Origin: a virus
Virus record (IMG/VR): IMGVR_UViG_3300042896_000648
Span: 14,549-78,548 of that record
Direction: 5' to 3' (one strand)
Length of the DNA: 64,000 nucleotides
Under the pieces are notes generated by a model. It saw nothing but the letters and a program-made list of their open reading frames with translations, ran no database searches and had not been told where the DNA came from. The first letter of the stretch is position 1. Each line of letters begins with the position of its first letter. Below, one piece after another: positions 20,146-30,999 of this stretch. Position numbers and translations under genes: made by a program.

Positions 20146-21531
20146 TTATTCCAAATCTTCTCCCCTATCTCTATCTGCTTGTCGTAGTGCCATTCCTGAG
20201 TAGTATGGGTTCTTTTTAATAAACGTTTTCAATCCATGGTATATATCTAGGTATCTATTTGCATCACCGAAGTGACTTATATCGCTCGCCATTGCATCTA
20301 TCTTATCCATCTTACCAAATATATCTACTTTTACACTCCTTATGTCGTTTAGCAGTCCTGGGCAATTCGTTTCACACACTAGGTAGTTTGTTAGCGATGC
20401 TCTGAATAAGTAGTTACTCACTGCTCTGCTACTTTCTTGAAGTAACTTAATTCTTGGCGGGAATTTTACGTTATAGCATCCTTTATCTTCGAATAGTCTA
20501 GCTAGTTCTGCATATCTCTCTGCTGTGCTTCCACCGCCTCCTGCTATATCACCTACTATTTCGTATTGCGTATCTGTTCCGAATCTGTTCACTATGTTTT
20601 GTACTATTACTTCTAGGTTACTTTGTGCTCCACCTATTCGTTGTTCTCCTAGTCTCGTGTATGCGTGCTTATCTTCGTTAAAGTAGTCGCTTAAACTGAT
20701 GTCGCTCTGTATGTCATAGTCGTGGAATCTTTGCCCATACACACAAGTTTCTGATTGCCCAAAGTCAAAACTTATGGCGAGTGGATAATCACTGAAGAAC
20801 GGGATAGGTTCTTTCGCTAGGTTATAAAGGAATGAGAATCCGTCTAGGAAAGGTTTGGTTACTATCACATTGCCCCATTCTCCGTACCGGCATACTCGCC
20901 AAGTAGTCTCGTCTATGTCTTTTAGTGCGTCTAGGTTCATATAATCAAACTTAGTCGCAAATTTATTATCCTCGATAGTGTAGTGAAATCTTTTTGATAG
21001 TTCGTGGTATAAACTACCTTCTTCAAAAAACGTATTGTATAGCCAGTGTTTCTTACTTACAGGGTTAAACATAAACACAAATCGTATGCTGTCATCACCT
21101 CGGTATGAGGTTATAATCATCATAAAGTCTTCTAGGCTTAATTGATCTATCTCGTCAATGATTATGAGTTGGATATTCGCTACTCCTTTTGCTTTATCTT
21201 CACTACAAAAGTCAAACAGTAGTCGGTTTCCATTTGGGTAGGTTATGCATTTCGATAGGTGGTGAAACACACAGTTAATGTACTCGCCTAGTCCTAGCTT
21301 TTCTATCATTACCTTAAATGGGCTAAAGGCTTTTTCTTTTAAGTCGGCCTGGGTTTTTCTGTACCATATTGCATTCATACCGGGGTTATTCCATAGTAGG
21401 AAGTTTACAATTTGCATTACAGAATAACTTTTAGAGGAGTTTCTTCCTCCAAATCCTATAGTTATAAAGTTGTCTTTTATCGAGTCGCTTAGTTCGTAAT
21501 AGGCTCTGTTTAGTTGGTTTAATTGATACAT
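20146..21531 (-). CDS. terL: Terminase large subunit
   Basis: Walker A GGRNSSKS, Walker B IIIDE, motif III FNP and nuclease-domain DFG...H..DA.RY. Confidence 0.9.
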   Translation of the reverse strand: MYQLNQLNRAYYELSDSIKDNFITIGFGGRNSSKSYSVMQIVNFLLWNNPGMNAIWYRKTQADLKEKAFSPFKVMIEKLGLGEYINCVFHHLSKCITYPNGNRLLFDFCSEDKAKGVANIQLIIIDEIDQLSLEDFMMIITSYRGDDSIRFVFMFNPVSKKHWLYNTFFEEGSLYHELSKRFHYTIEDNKFATKFDYMNLDALKDIDETTWRVCRYGEWGNVIVTKPFLDGFSFLYNLAKEPIPFFSDYPLAISFDFGQSETCVYGQRFHDYDIQSDISLSDYFNEDKHAYTRLGEQRIGGAQSNLEVIVQNIVNRFGTDTQYEIVGDIAGGGGSTAERYAELARLFEDKGCYNVKFPPRIKLLQESSRAVSNYLFRASLTNYLVCETNCPGLLNDIRSVKVDIFGKMDKIDAMASDISHFGDANRYLDIYHGLKTFIKKNPYYSGMALRQADRDRGEDLE

Positions 21532-21533
21532 AT

Positions 21534-21597
21534 TTTTATACCCATTAGGGTATCAGTTTGTTAGTTTTAATATATTTTATACCCGTTAAGGTATCAG
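21534..21597. repeat. Tandem palindromic operator-like sites upstream of terL
   Basis: TTTTATACCCnTTAnGGTATCAG occurs twice, 41 bp apart. Confidence 0.6.
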
Positions 21598-21639
21598 GTT
21601 GGTTTATTATAATTATAGTTATAACTTTACTATTAAATT

Positions 21640-24600
21640 CTACAAGGTTTGTTTATACTTATTTTGCAATACGTTTATCTTTTTACTCCTAGTCTGTAGG
21701 TAGGTATTAAATCCGCTCTTGTCTACTTGGTTTACTATTTTAGCTTGCCCTTGTAGTGCTAGTAGGTCTTTTCTTAGTCCTTTTATCTCTTTCTCTAGTT
21801 TTGAGTTATCGTTCTGTATTCTATTCACTATATTTGGTGTAATGCCCTTCAAGTTCACGGTGTCGTAGTTCATAATCTTATTCATTACGTCATTACGGGT
21901 CATTCTTACGCCTCCATTACTTCTTGTCATAGTATCCACTTGTTCCTTGCTGAATATCTGTTCATCAGGGTGCAATATTGCTTGAAATCCTCCCTTGTTG
22001 TCTACTCGTCTTCTTGGTGCATTCTCGCTAGTATTGTCAGTTCCTTTATAGAATGGTTTTATAGGTTCGGCAGGAAGTTCTTGTTTTGGAGGGTCAGGAA
22101 TAGCTCTTAATAAAGCATATATAGTTACAGCAGAAGCGGCAGCTATAACCAATCCAACTACAAGTGATGTAGCAGCTAGTTTAGCTGTCATTATCGCCAC
22201 TTGAATACCTATCTCTACTGCCGCTAGTGCTTGCGATACCTTAAGTTCCTGTACCTTTAGTTTATATTCAGCATCTATTCTCGATACCTCTAGTTGCCAC
22301 AGCTTATAATTCTTTTCGTATTCCAATTCTGCATTAGCTTTATCTGTAGCTTCTTTTTGCGCTAATAAAGCGGCATCTTTAGCTATTTTTGCATCTATTT
22401 CTACTTGGTCAAAAGTTGTACGAGAGTTAAATAGGTCTGCTTTTTCTTTTTGGTCTATCTTTACTATTGCATCAGACGCTTCTTTTACTATTGAATTTAC
22501 AGTATCCGTTCTTGCAATTACAATTTCTTTTGTTTCGTCTTTTTCAACAAGAAGTGTATCTACTTTTTGCTTAGTAGTAGCTTTAAGGTCTGCTAAATCA
22601 GATGCTTGGCTTGCTTTTGCTTTGTCGCTAATAGCTTTATCTGTCGATGCTATGTCATTTGCATAAAGTTTTCTTATTCTAATATCTTCTGCTAATGCAT
22701 CTATTTTTATTCTATTTATTTCATTTTGTATATCTTGTGTAGCCGCTTGGTTTATTACAAGGTCTTTAAGTTCTTCTACTTGTGCTTCACGTATTTTTTG
22801 TACACCTTCATTTACTATTTTCTCAGCTTCATCACGCCTCCTTACATCTTTTGCATTTAAGCTTTCATTATACAGTTCTCTAAGTGCAAGTTCTTCATCC
22901 CCAGCTTTTTTATTTATCCTCTGTGCCTCTTCATTATTTACGGCGAGTGTTGTTAATGCTTGCGATGCTCTTGCTAATACCTTATTCCTTTCTGCTGCCG
23001 CAGCGGCTTCTATACTAGCATCCTTTTTAAACTGTGCATCTGCTCTTATCTTTTCTTCCTTGTCAAATCCATCTTGAAGTAGTGCTAGTGCATCATCTTG
23101 TGCTTTTTTCTGTACTGCTATTTTTTGGTCATACCCAGTCTTTGTATTCTCAATCTGCCTGTTTATTCCATCTAGTTCTAATGCGGTTTGCCTTATAATA
23201 GCACTACCTATAACATTAATGGCAAGTTTAGCGTACTCTCCGTATTTTTGTGCAGATATTGCTATGTGCTCCTCTTTTAGTTTTTTACTAGCTTTATTAT
23301 ACTCCTTTTCAATTTCTTCCAATTCCTTTGAGCCTTTTTTTGCATTCTTTCTCGCCTCGGCATAAGTTTCCTCTAGCTTTTTTACTGCATCCCTATTTAG
23401 CTTTAGATTTTCCCTAGCAGCTTTAACGCTATTTATTACACTTCCAACAGAATCTATTAAATTATTAACAAATGCTGCATTTACCTTAGCTGATGCCGTT
23501 CCAAAGTTCCCGTAAGCAGTTGCTACACTTTTTAATGCTGTTTGCGTTCCTTTTAGGAAGTTTTCAATAGTTTTTAATCTAGCTATCTTATTATTTACTT
23601 CTATTCTTTCTACCGCATCAAGAAACGCCTTAGTATCTTTCTTTATCCTATCATTATTCTTAGTCGTGTTTTCTAGTTTCTTTACTTGGTATTTACCATC
23701 TAATTCTACGAGTTTTCCGTAGTGCTTTTGTGTATCTAGTTCTATCTTTAATATCGCACTTTCATTCTCTTTATCTATCGCTTCATTGCTTATTTTTATC
23801 GCATCTTCCCTGTCTTTACCTTCTTTTAGTATTAGCTTTATGTTGTCGGCGGCCTTTTGTTTTTTAAACTCAACAGAGTATTGTAGTGATGTTATTTCAT
23901 CGCTATTGTTTTGTATTTCAGCAAGAAGTCGTTTTCTTTTTAGGTCATATTCTAGTTTGTCGTATTTTACGCTTATCTGATACTTTTCTTCTTCGCTTTC
24001 AGCTTTAGCTAGTTCACTAGCTTTCATTAGGTCTAGGTTAGCTTCTTCTGCATCTTCTACAATGGCTTTCTTAGCTACCTCTAGTTCTTTAAGCAGTTTT
24101 ATGCGCTCCTTATCAGCTTGCTCAATTGTTTTTAGGTTTTCTTTACTTGCTTCTTCTACAAGCTTATTTTCCTTTATGGCATATTTTTCTAAAAGCTTAG
24201 TTGTTTTTAAAAATACCTCTGCTTTCTTGCCGTATCTTTCATTGGCCTCTAGTATTTCAGCCTCTCGCTCTTTTTCTAATAGGTCTAGCTTATCTCTTAA
24301 TCCTTCTTGTCCAAGCTCTTTTAGCAGTTCTATTTCTTTCCTTCTGTTCTCTAGTTCTTTACTTGGCTTAAATTCCTTCGCACCTTTTCCTGCTCCACCT
24401 CCTGCACCAGCCTTTATGTTATCACCCGCAGTACCTTGTATTCCTTTTATATATTCAGTATATTCTTTTTCTATTCTCATTTTGTCTTTTAACCCTTTTG
24501 CATTTTCCAGGTTTATATTCTTCTGTATTAATGCATTATCTAGCAAAGACTTTGTTTGCTTGTCATTTGTTTCCTGCGTCATTTGAGCATATCTTTGCAA

Positions 24601-26772
24601 GTTTATTGCACTTATACTTAGGTTTTTTTGGCTTGCTAGTAAGTCTGCTTCAGCACTTGTTATTTTTTCACCGGTTGTACTTGCTACTTTCCTTCTAGCT
24701 TCAAGTACTCTTTGCTGTAGTGAAAGATTCTTGCCGTTCTCTTCATTTACTCTTTTTAATGCTTCGGCTTCATCATCTAAATATCCACCTCTTCTTTTTA
24801 ATTGCAAATCCGACTTATAGGCAATATCGCTTAATTCTATTCTTAAATCAAATGCTTTGTTTACACTTTTTAATATCCTTTCTAATTGCTCATTCTTGGT
24901 GTTTTCAATATCTATTAACCCAAAGTATTCAGGGTACTTGTTCTTTAGTATCTCCAATTGCACATTCCTAGCTTTCGTGTTATAGGCGAGGTCTTTAATC
25001 AATCCTACTTGTGCTGTTATTTGAGCTCTCGATTCCTCTAGTTGTCTACCTTCTTCACTATGTAGTTTTATAGCTTCTTTTTGCTCTGCATTAAAGTATT
25101 GGTATGCTACAAAAGCGGCTGTGATAGCTATTCCTATTACACCCATCGCCAGGTTTAAGGTTCTGAATGATGTTGCGGCTGCTTGGTTAGCTACTGTTAA
25201 TGCTACTGTATCTGCCGTTAATCCTACTTTTGTTTTTGCATCTGCCGCAGTTATTATAGCTGCATCTATTTCTATTGCATTGCCTTTTAGCATAGCTACA
25301 CCAAGTGCATTTTGTGCTAGTATTAATTCAGCTTCAGCTGCTACAAGTGCTTCTTTCGCTGCTACATTAGCTAACATAACTGCACCCATCTGTGCCATTC
25401 CTGTAGTTTCTTTAGTATCTAATAATACCTTTCTGCCTTGTATCAGCATGCCTACAGTGTACGTTCCGTTATATAGGTTTCTTATTATAGTTCCTGTGGC
25501 TACTACACTGTTCACTATCGCTTGTTTTGCCGCTATTATTCCTTGTATTATAGCCGCTGCATTCATAATAGTTTTCCACGCTAACAGTCCTTGTACAAGG
25601 CCTGAAAATACTGCTACTGTTCTATTTACTGCATTCTCTGTTCCAAATAGTGCTGTTACTATATTATTAGTGGCATCAACTATGCTTTTAGCCATGGCAC
25701 TAAAATTGTCTCCAATGGCCGCTTTAGCAAAGAATATATTATCCTTCAATATATCCATCTTACCTTTTACGGTAGTGGCTAGTATTGTCATTGAGTCCGC
25801 AAATACTCCTCCTGCATTTCCTGCATCTAGTATTGCTTTTTTAAACTCCGAAAATCCTACTTGTCCATTGTGTATTCTTTCTTGTAGTTCCGATACCTTT
25901 ATTCCTAGGTTGTCGGCAAGTATCGCCATTAAAGGAAATCCCGTTTCAGCTATTTGCCTTACCTCTGTACCCATTAGCCTTCCTGCGGCTTGTACTTGGG
26001 TAAAAGCGTACGTAAGTCGCTCTAGCTTATCACCGCCTCCCAATGCACTAGCCGAGTTTCCAAGGCTTCTTAGTGTTGGTATTACGTCTCTTGATATTAC
26101 TTGTGACGAAAGCCCCACTGCTTTCATTGAGCCTACAAGTTGGTTTACACCTTTTATAGTTTCTTCAAACGTAAATGGGGTTTCTGTAGTAAATTGTTGG
26201 AATTGTGCAAAAAGTGATTTTCCACTTACATTTCCTAGTAAGTTTCCTAGTGTAAGTTTTAGTGCCTCTACTTTACTTTGCGCATCAAATATTGACCTTG
26301 CAAAATCTGTAACACCAGTAACTCCAAGTGCCACTCCAAATGTTGTTAGAATACCACTAACTTTATTTAGCGATATTCCAAAATCTTGTGTACTTTTAGT
26401 CTTCGCTACATTGTCTTTTATTACTTGGTCTTTAGCGAGCTTACTAGCCGTTATTTGTGCTAGTGAGGCTTGTTTAGCGGCAGACTCTTCAGCTATTGCG
26501 GTTGCTCTAGCGGTGGCTATTTCCGCTTTTGAATTGGCTTCTTTATTTCTCCTTCTATTGTCAGACCGAATTATTGACCTATTTAAAGCAGTGTCTTCCA
26601 AGTTAGCTAGGTTAGCTATCGAGGTTTTCTGTTGCTCATACAAGTCTTTATATGACTTAGCTACAACCTTTAGGTCGGCAGTCATAGCCTTTAAAGTACC
26701 TGTTACTTTTAATAAATCATCTAGGTTCTTTACTTGTATTTCAAAGTAAACGGTTTCATTAGCCATATTCAA
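21640..26772 (-). CDS. Tape measure protein
   Basis: 1710 aa, Ala/Lys-rich and helical, with the tape-measure motif TPF..E..QV...G.L.G.E.RQ..E.G.P. Follows the tail chaperone. Confidence 0.9.
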   Translation of the reverse strand: MNMANETVYFEIQVKNLDDLLKVTGTLKAMTADLKVVAKSYKDLYEQQKTSIANLANLEDTALNRSIIRSDNRRRNKEANSKAEIATARATAIAEESAAKQASLAQITASKLAKDQVIKDNVAKTKSTQDFGISLNKVSGILTTFGVALGVTGVTDFARSIFDAQSKVEALKLTLGNLLGNVSGKSLFAQFQQFTTETPFTFEETIKGVNQLVGSMKAVGLSSQVISRDVIPTLRSLGNSASALGGGDKLERLTYAFTQVQAAGRLMGTEVRQIAETGFPLMAILADNLGIKVSELQERIHNGQVGFSEFKKAILDAGNAGGVFADSMTILATTVKGKMDILKDNIFFAKAAIGDNFSAMAKSIVDATNNIVTALFGTENAVNRTVAVFSGLVQGLLAWKTIMNAAAIIQGIIAAKQAIVNSVVATGTIIRNLYNGTYTVGMLIQGRKVLLDTKETTGMAQMGAVMLANVAAKEALVAAEAELILAQNALGVAMLKGNAIEIDAAIITAADAKTKVGLTADTVALTVANQAAATSFRTLNLAMGVIGIAITAAFVAYQYFNAEQKEAIKLHSEEGRQLEESRAQITAQVGLIKDLAYNTKARNVQLEILKNKYPEYFGLIDIENTKNEQLERILKSVNKAFDLRIELSDIAYKSDLQLKRRGGYLDDEAEALKRVNEENGKNLSLQQRVLEARRKVASTTGEKITSAEADLLASQKNLSISAINLQRYAQMTQETNDKQTKSLLDNALIQKNINLENAKGLKDKMRIEKEYTEYIKGIQGTAGDNIKAGAGGGAGKGAKEFKPSKELENRRKEIELLKELGQEGLRDKLDLLEKEREAEILEANERYGKKAEVFLKTTKLLEKYAIKENKLVEEASKENLKTIEQADKERIKLLKELEVAKKAIVEDAEEANLDLMKASELAKAESEEEKYQISVKYDKLEYDLKRKRLLAEIQNNSDEITSLQYSVEFKKQKAADNIKLILKEGKDREDAIKISNEAIDKENESAILKIELDTQKHYGKLVELDGKYQVKKLENTTKNNDRIKKDTKAFLDAVERIEVNNKIARLKTIENFLKGTQTALKSVATAYGNFGTASAKVNAAFVNNLIDSVGSVINSVKAARENLKLNRDAVKKLEETYAEARKNAKKGSKELEEIEKEYNKASKKLKEEHIAISAQKYGEYAKLAINVIGSAIIRQTALELDGINRQIENTKTGYDQKIAVQKKAQDDALALLQDGFDKEEKIRADAQFKKDASIEAAAAAERNKVLARASQALTTLAVNNEEAQRINKKAGDEELALRELYNESLNAKDVRRRDEAEKIVNEGVQKIREAQVEELKDLVINQAATQDIQNEINRIKIDALAEDIRIRKLYANDIASTDKAISDKAKASQASDLADLKATTKQKVDTLLVEKDETKEIVIARTDTVNSIVKEASDAIVKIDQKEKADLFNSRTTFDQVEIDAKIAKDAALLAQKEATDKANAELEYEKNYKLWQLEVSRIDAEYKLKVQELKVSQALAAVEIGIQVAIMTAKLAATSLVVGLVIAAASAVTIYALLRAIPDPPKQELPAEPIKPFYKGTDNTSENAPRRRVDNKGGFQAILHPDEQIFSKEQVDTMTRSNGGVRMTRNDVMNKIMNYDTVNLKGITPNIVNRIQNDNSKLEKEIKGLRKDLLALQGQAKIVNQVDKSGFNTYLQTRSKKINVLQNKYKQTL

Positions 26773-26786
26773 TAGACCTATTGGCC

Positions 26787-27625
26787 TTATTTATTTTTGC
26801 GGTTCTGTTTTTCAATCTCCTCGTTCTCTTTCTCTATACTCTTATTCAGTTGGCTATTATAGCCTATATAGTCTAGTATTCCTAGCTTTTCAGCATCAAA
26901 TTGGCTACACCTAAGGTAGCCCGATAGCCTCGTACAGCTTTCCTTAAAGGCGACAATTGTGTTGAACCTTGCAAGCCCTCTTGTAATCTCGCTATATCTA
27001 ATATTAGTGAATTTCTCATTAGGTTCGCTTCCGCTATCTGTGATTCGCTTTTCACTTGGGTTGAAAGCATATTGAATTGACTGAATAGTTTCGTTAAGCC
27101 TGCTGATTGCAAGTTCAGACTTTTTGAGAAAAAAGGGAGTAGTCTGCCTTGCTCCCCCTCAGCAGCGATAGCATTTGCCCATAGTGTTATCTTTTCAGCG
27201 TTGGTGTTAAAGTCTACCTTATAGGGGTCTTCTTTCTTCATTATATACACTAGGCTTGCTAGTTCTAATAACAGTCCAGTTTGATCCAATTCTTTTTGGT
27301 GGCTCTTAAACACCTTCAGCGTGATTAAAAGTGAGTTTAATTTATCCTTAATATCGTGGTCATCTACATTCACGTTTAGTAGTTGTTCTATAGCGTCTTC
27401 TACATAATCCTTAGCTACTTCGTATGTCATTCCAAACTTTTCAAATGAGTTTACCGAACTTTGTATCTGTAGATACCGGAGGGTTGGCATTGTATCGTAG
27501 TCGCCTGTAAATGAATAGAACTCAATTCCATTTAAATCGAAATCGGGTTCTAAGTTTACTATTCCTAATTTTTGGCATTCTTCAAATTGCCCACAAGCTG
27601 TATTTTCTTTCAAATCTTTTATCAT
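26787..27625 (-). CDS. Tail assembly chaperone G (27625-26882) and G-T via -1 frameshift (to 26787)
   Basis: Directly upstream of the tape measure. Slippery C CCT TTT at 27137-27131, and the -1 frame stays open for about 114 codons to TAA at 26787. Confidence 0.75.
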
Positions 27626-27638
27626 ATAATTTTTTAAA

Positions 27639-27698
27639 CAAAAATAATTAATATTTTGCGGTTTTCCTTGTTTTCTATTTTTTAGTCTATTATATTTG
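27639..27698. promoter_or_regulatory. Back-to-back late-type (minus) and early-type (plus) promoter module
   Basis: AACC-N13-TATTTTTG on minus and TTG..TATATTTG on plus. Homologous to 7031-7089. Confidence 0.6.
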
Positions 27699-28614
27699 TC
27701 CATAATTTAAATGAAAAGGAAAAATGGAAATTACAATTAAAAAAACAATCGAAGAAAAAGTTCAAATTAGCCTACCAGCCTACTATAAAACTTCGGCACA
27801 TCAATTCAAGATTTATAGTGATACGCATTGTATATCTGTAACTGAAGCAGGAATCCATCAACTACACGCTGATTTACCATTTGCAATAGATGCGAAAGAA
27901 AGTACTGAATTAGAGTTTATGGAATTCTACAAAAAAGTAAATAACCAATTGCATGAAATAGTAAATTTATAAAATAAAAAAATGAAAATAGAAACTTATT
28001 TATCAGAAAAAGGATTTGATGTATACGGGTATCACGAAAAGTATACACAAGATTGGTCGAAGCTATCCACAGAAGAATGTCTTTGGGCATTAGAGCAGGA
28101 AGAGAATGTAAATACATTTTTTATTCACGATGGTAAAACGCTTGTTTTTAGTAGGTTCGATATAATCTTGTCTATACAATTAGATGCTGTCGATAAAGCC
28201 ATTCTCATTCAAGTACGCAACGTTTATAGAGCTAGTGCCAACAAAAAACAAGAACAGTTTCAAGCTAAATTAAGAGAGATTAATGGATAAGAAAAGAGAA
28301 ACAGTACTACTACTTATTGGTACACTTCAGGCATCACTTGGCTATATCGACTACTCGCTTGATACTAAGATATTCTCAAACGACCTTAAATTCACCGCTA
28401 AGAACTTCTTAGTTAGGTTAGAAAGGTGGTTTAGTGCTTATTATAAGTTGAATAAAGATGAAACAGAGGAGGTTGCCAGTCAAATAGAACTCCTAATCAC
28501 CTTATACGAAAACTCTGCTAAAATAGCTTTTCAATTAAACGAAAAAGGCGAGGTAGTGCAGGATAATTTTATGAATGAATTTAATGAGTTAGTTAAACGT
28601 TATAAGATAGAGAT

Positions 28615-28890
28615 ATGAAAATACTAATAATATGTACATTTTATGCCATGTCGTTTCAGGGCAAGCTTACGTCTTCAGGCACTAGGTTTAGTCAGTCCGA
28701 GTATACTTGTGCTACACGCCTTTATCCTCTTGGTTCGGTGCTTCGTGTATCAAGCAAGGGTCGTAGTGTAGTAGTTAAAGTATCCGATAGGTGTCGTAGT
28801 TATAAAACTATTGATTTAAGCAGGATAGCTTTTTCAAAAATAGGTGATTTAAAACAAGGTAAATTAAACGTTAAAATAGAAAGAATATGA
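28615..28890 (+). CDS. RlpA-like double-psi beta-barrel protein
   Basis: FY...G..T.SG.RF....YT.A...P.GS.LRV...V.V.V.DR...IDLS..AF motif. Confidence 0.8.
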   Translation: MKILIICTFYAMSFQGKLTSSGTRFSQSEYTCATRLYPLGSVLRVSSKGRSVVVKVSDRCRSYKTIDLSRIAFSKIGDLKQGKLNVKIERI

Positions 28891-29979
28891 ATAAATTAGG
28901 TATTAAAGTCGGGGATGTGGTTGCATGGGGTTCTAAAAGAAATGCTTGCGAAGTTAAGGAAGTTTATAGTACTTTTTTTTATGTAAATAGTTCAAGCTCC
29001 ACTATTTCATTTACTGAGCCAAATCTTGAAATAGTCAAAAAAGGAACTAAATCACTCGAAGCCAAATACGGAATCATTTTGATAAATAAGGAAATGTGGT
29101 GTTGGGATGACAATATAGAAAACGCATCACTACTTTTTGTTATTACAAAAAATTCAAATGGTTTTTTTGTTTCATGCGATGGGAATATATGGAGAAATGC
29201 ATCACTAGAAAAGCCGAACAAGACATACAAGCCAAACTTGGTGTTTTTGGATGACGATTACACGAAGGAGGAAATGATAAACATTATAAATGACCTTAAA
29301 TAAATAATATGTCAGCACGAGAAGATTTTGGTTACAATGATAACCCATCAATTAAAAAAACAGAAGTATTTATAAATAAAATTTTAAATAAACCTGAAAA
29401 TGAAAATACAGAAAAAGAAAAATTTGCAATTGATTTTGCTAATTGGGTTGATGAATTATCATATACTTCCAAATGTTCTGTTTGGTCAAAAGATGGACAG
29501 CATAGCGGTCTTTTTAAAATGGATAATGAGCAATTGATGGATAAATATAAAAATTTATTAAAAAAAAGATAATGTTTAATTGGAAATTTTTAAATGTTTG
29601 GATGTCAAATGATGTTGTAGAAAGACACTATAAATGTCAAAATACAGGTGCTTATAGATGTAAGGAATATAAGTTGGGTAAAAGTTACAAAACAGTTACT
29701 TATTGCTTGCCTGATTCAGAAAATTATAATATTAAAACAGAACAAGAATTATTGGACATTATAAACGAATTAAAATGAAAAACGAAACGATTGAAGAAGC
29801 TGCTAATAGAGAATGGGGCAATATTCATAAAACAGGCGTATTGGGTTTTATAGAAGGTGCAAATTGGCAAGCTGAAAGAACTATTGACTTTTTGAATGTA
29901 TTATTACAAAAAGACGTGTGTTCGGTTTATGGAATTGAAATTATTGAAAAATACATATCAGAACTAAAACAAAAATAAA

Positions 29980-30276
29980 ATGAAAAACGTAATCAATAAT
30001 GTAATTGAGTGGGCAGAAAATAAAGACCTACTTAAAAAAGAAAATTCATATCCGCAATTCGCAAAGGTAGTGGAGGAGGTTGCCGAAATTGGAACGGCAT
30101 TAGGGAGTGGAAATGAAGCTGAATTGATTGATGCTATTGGGGATACGATGGTAACTTTGATTATATTAGCAAAGCAAAACGGATTAGACATTGAAGTGTG
30201 TCTTGAAACAGCTTACAATGTGATTAAGAACAGGACAGGAAAGACTATAAATGGAACATTTAAAAAAGATAAATAA
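29980..30276 (+). CDS. MazG-like nucleotide pyrophosphohydrolase
   Basis: WA..K.L, KVVEEVAE, DAIGD..VTLII and AYN.IKNR.GK..NGTF.K. Confidence 0.85.
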   Translation: MKNVINNVIEWAENKDLLKKENSYPQFAKVVEEVAEIGTALGSGNEAELIDAIGDTMVTLIILAKQNGLDIEVCLETAYNVIKNRTGKTINGTFKKDK

Positions 30277-30514
30277 TGGCAACACAAATAAACATTAATC
30301 CAAAAACAGACTTCAATCCGTATGTTTCGCAAAGTCATAATTATAAACCATTATCAGATGAATCCGAAATACGAAAGTTGATTTATATTGATAATATGAA
30401 AAAGATGCGACTTTCACAGCTAGATGCTGAAATAGAGAGAATTTACGACAATAATTTAAAGCTTGAAAAAATAAGAACACAATTAAAAAAATGGTATAAA
30501 GAAATAAAAAACTA

Positions 30515-30802
30515 ATGAAAAAAATACTCTTATTACTCTTAATGTCTTGCAAGCAAGAATCCATTGAGCCTTCTCGTCTTTTCTATGTTCGAAAAGATTG
30601 GGATTTAGACCGATATTCTAACGTTACAGGCTATCCTGAATATCCGCAAGTACAAGAGCTTTCTGTGCCACTTTCTAAGGCTGTAAATGACACTTCTATA
30701 GTGTGGTTTACAGCCACTAAACTAGATTATACAGGCAAAGCATCTTATGACGATTACAAGGTTAAGAGGAAGTTAATTACTACTTATCGCAGGCTACAAT
30801 GA
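30515..30802 (+). CDS. Putative lipoprotein (paralog of 13495-13764)
   Basis: MKKILLLLLMSC lipobox-like N-terminus and shared W.LD.YS...G.P.Y and VKRKLITTY motifs. Confidence 0.6.
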   Translation: MKKILLLLLMSCKQESIEPSRLFYVRKDWDLDRYSNVTGYPEYPQVQELSVPLSKAVNDTSIVWFTATKLDYTGKASYDDYKVKRKLITTYRRLQ

Positions 30803-30955
30803 TGTATATTAATATTCATACAGGCCAGATATATGACGTGTACAAAAAAGACGTAGTTACAGTTAAGGAAAAAAAACGCACTACCGAAAAGAACGTTCTG
30901 TTTATGAAGGGTTCTTCAGATGAATTTCGTGCTGTAGATGATTGGAATAAATTTG

Positions 30956-30994
30956 ATACCTTTATAGAATATAAATAATATTCTATAAAGGTAT
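30956..30994. terminator. Bidirectional terminator between convergent units
   Basis: Perfect 17-bp inverted repeat ATACCTTTATAGAATAT/ATATTCTATAAAGGTAT. Confidence 0.75.
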
Positions 30995-30999
30995 TTTTA

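Larger units (their letters stand above)
27724..30978 (+). other. Early-type island of small ORFs inserted within the virion gene region
   Basis: About 12 packed plus-strand ORFs bounded by a promoter and a bidirectional terminator. Confidence 0.65.

Noticed and set aside
25121-26749. 542-aa antisense ORF (and 24062-24586) inside the tape measure gene
   Set aside because: Mirror-frame shadow of an Ala-rich, Tyr-poor gene with no promoter or independent motifs.
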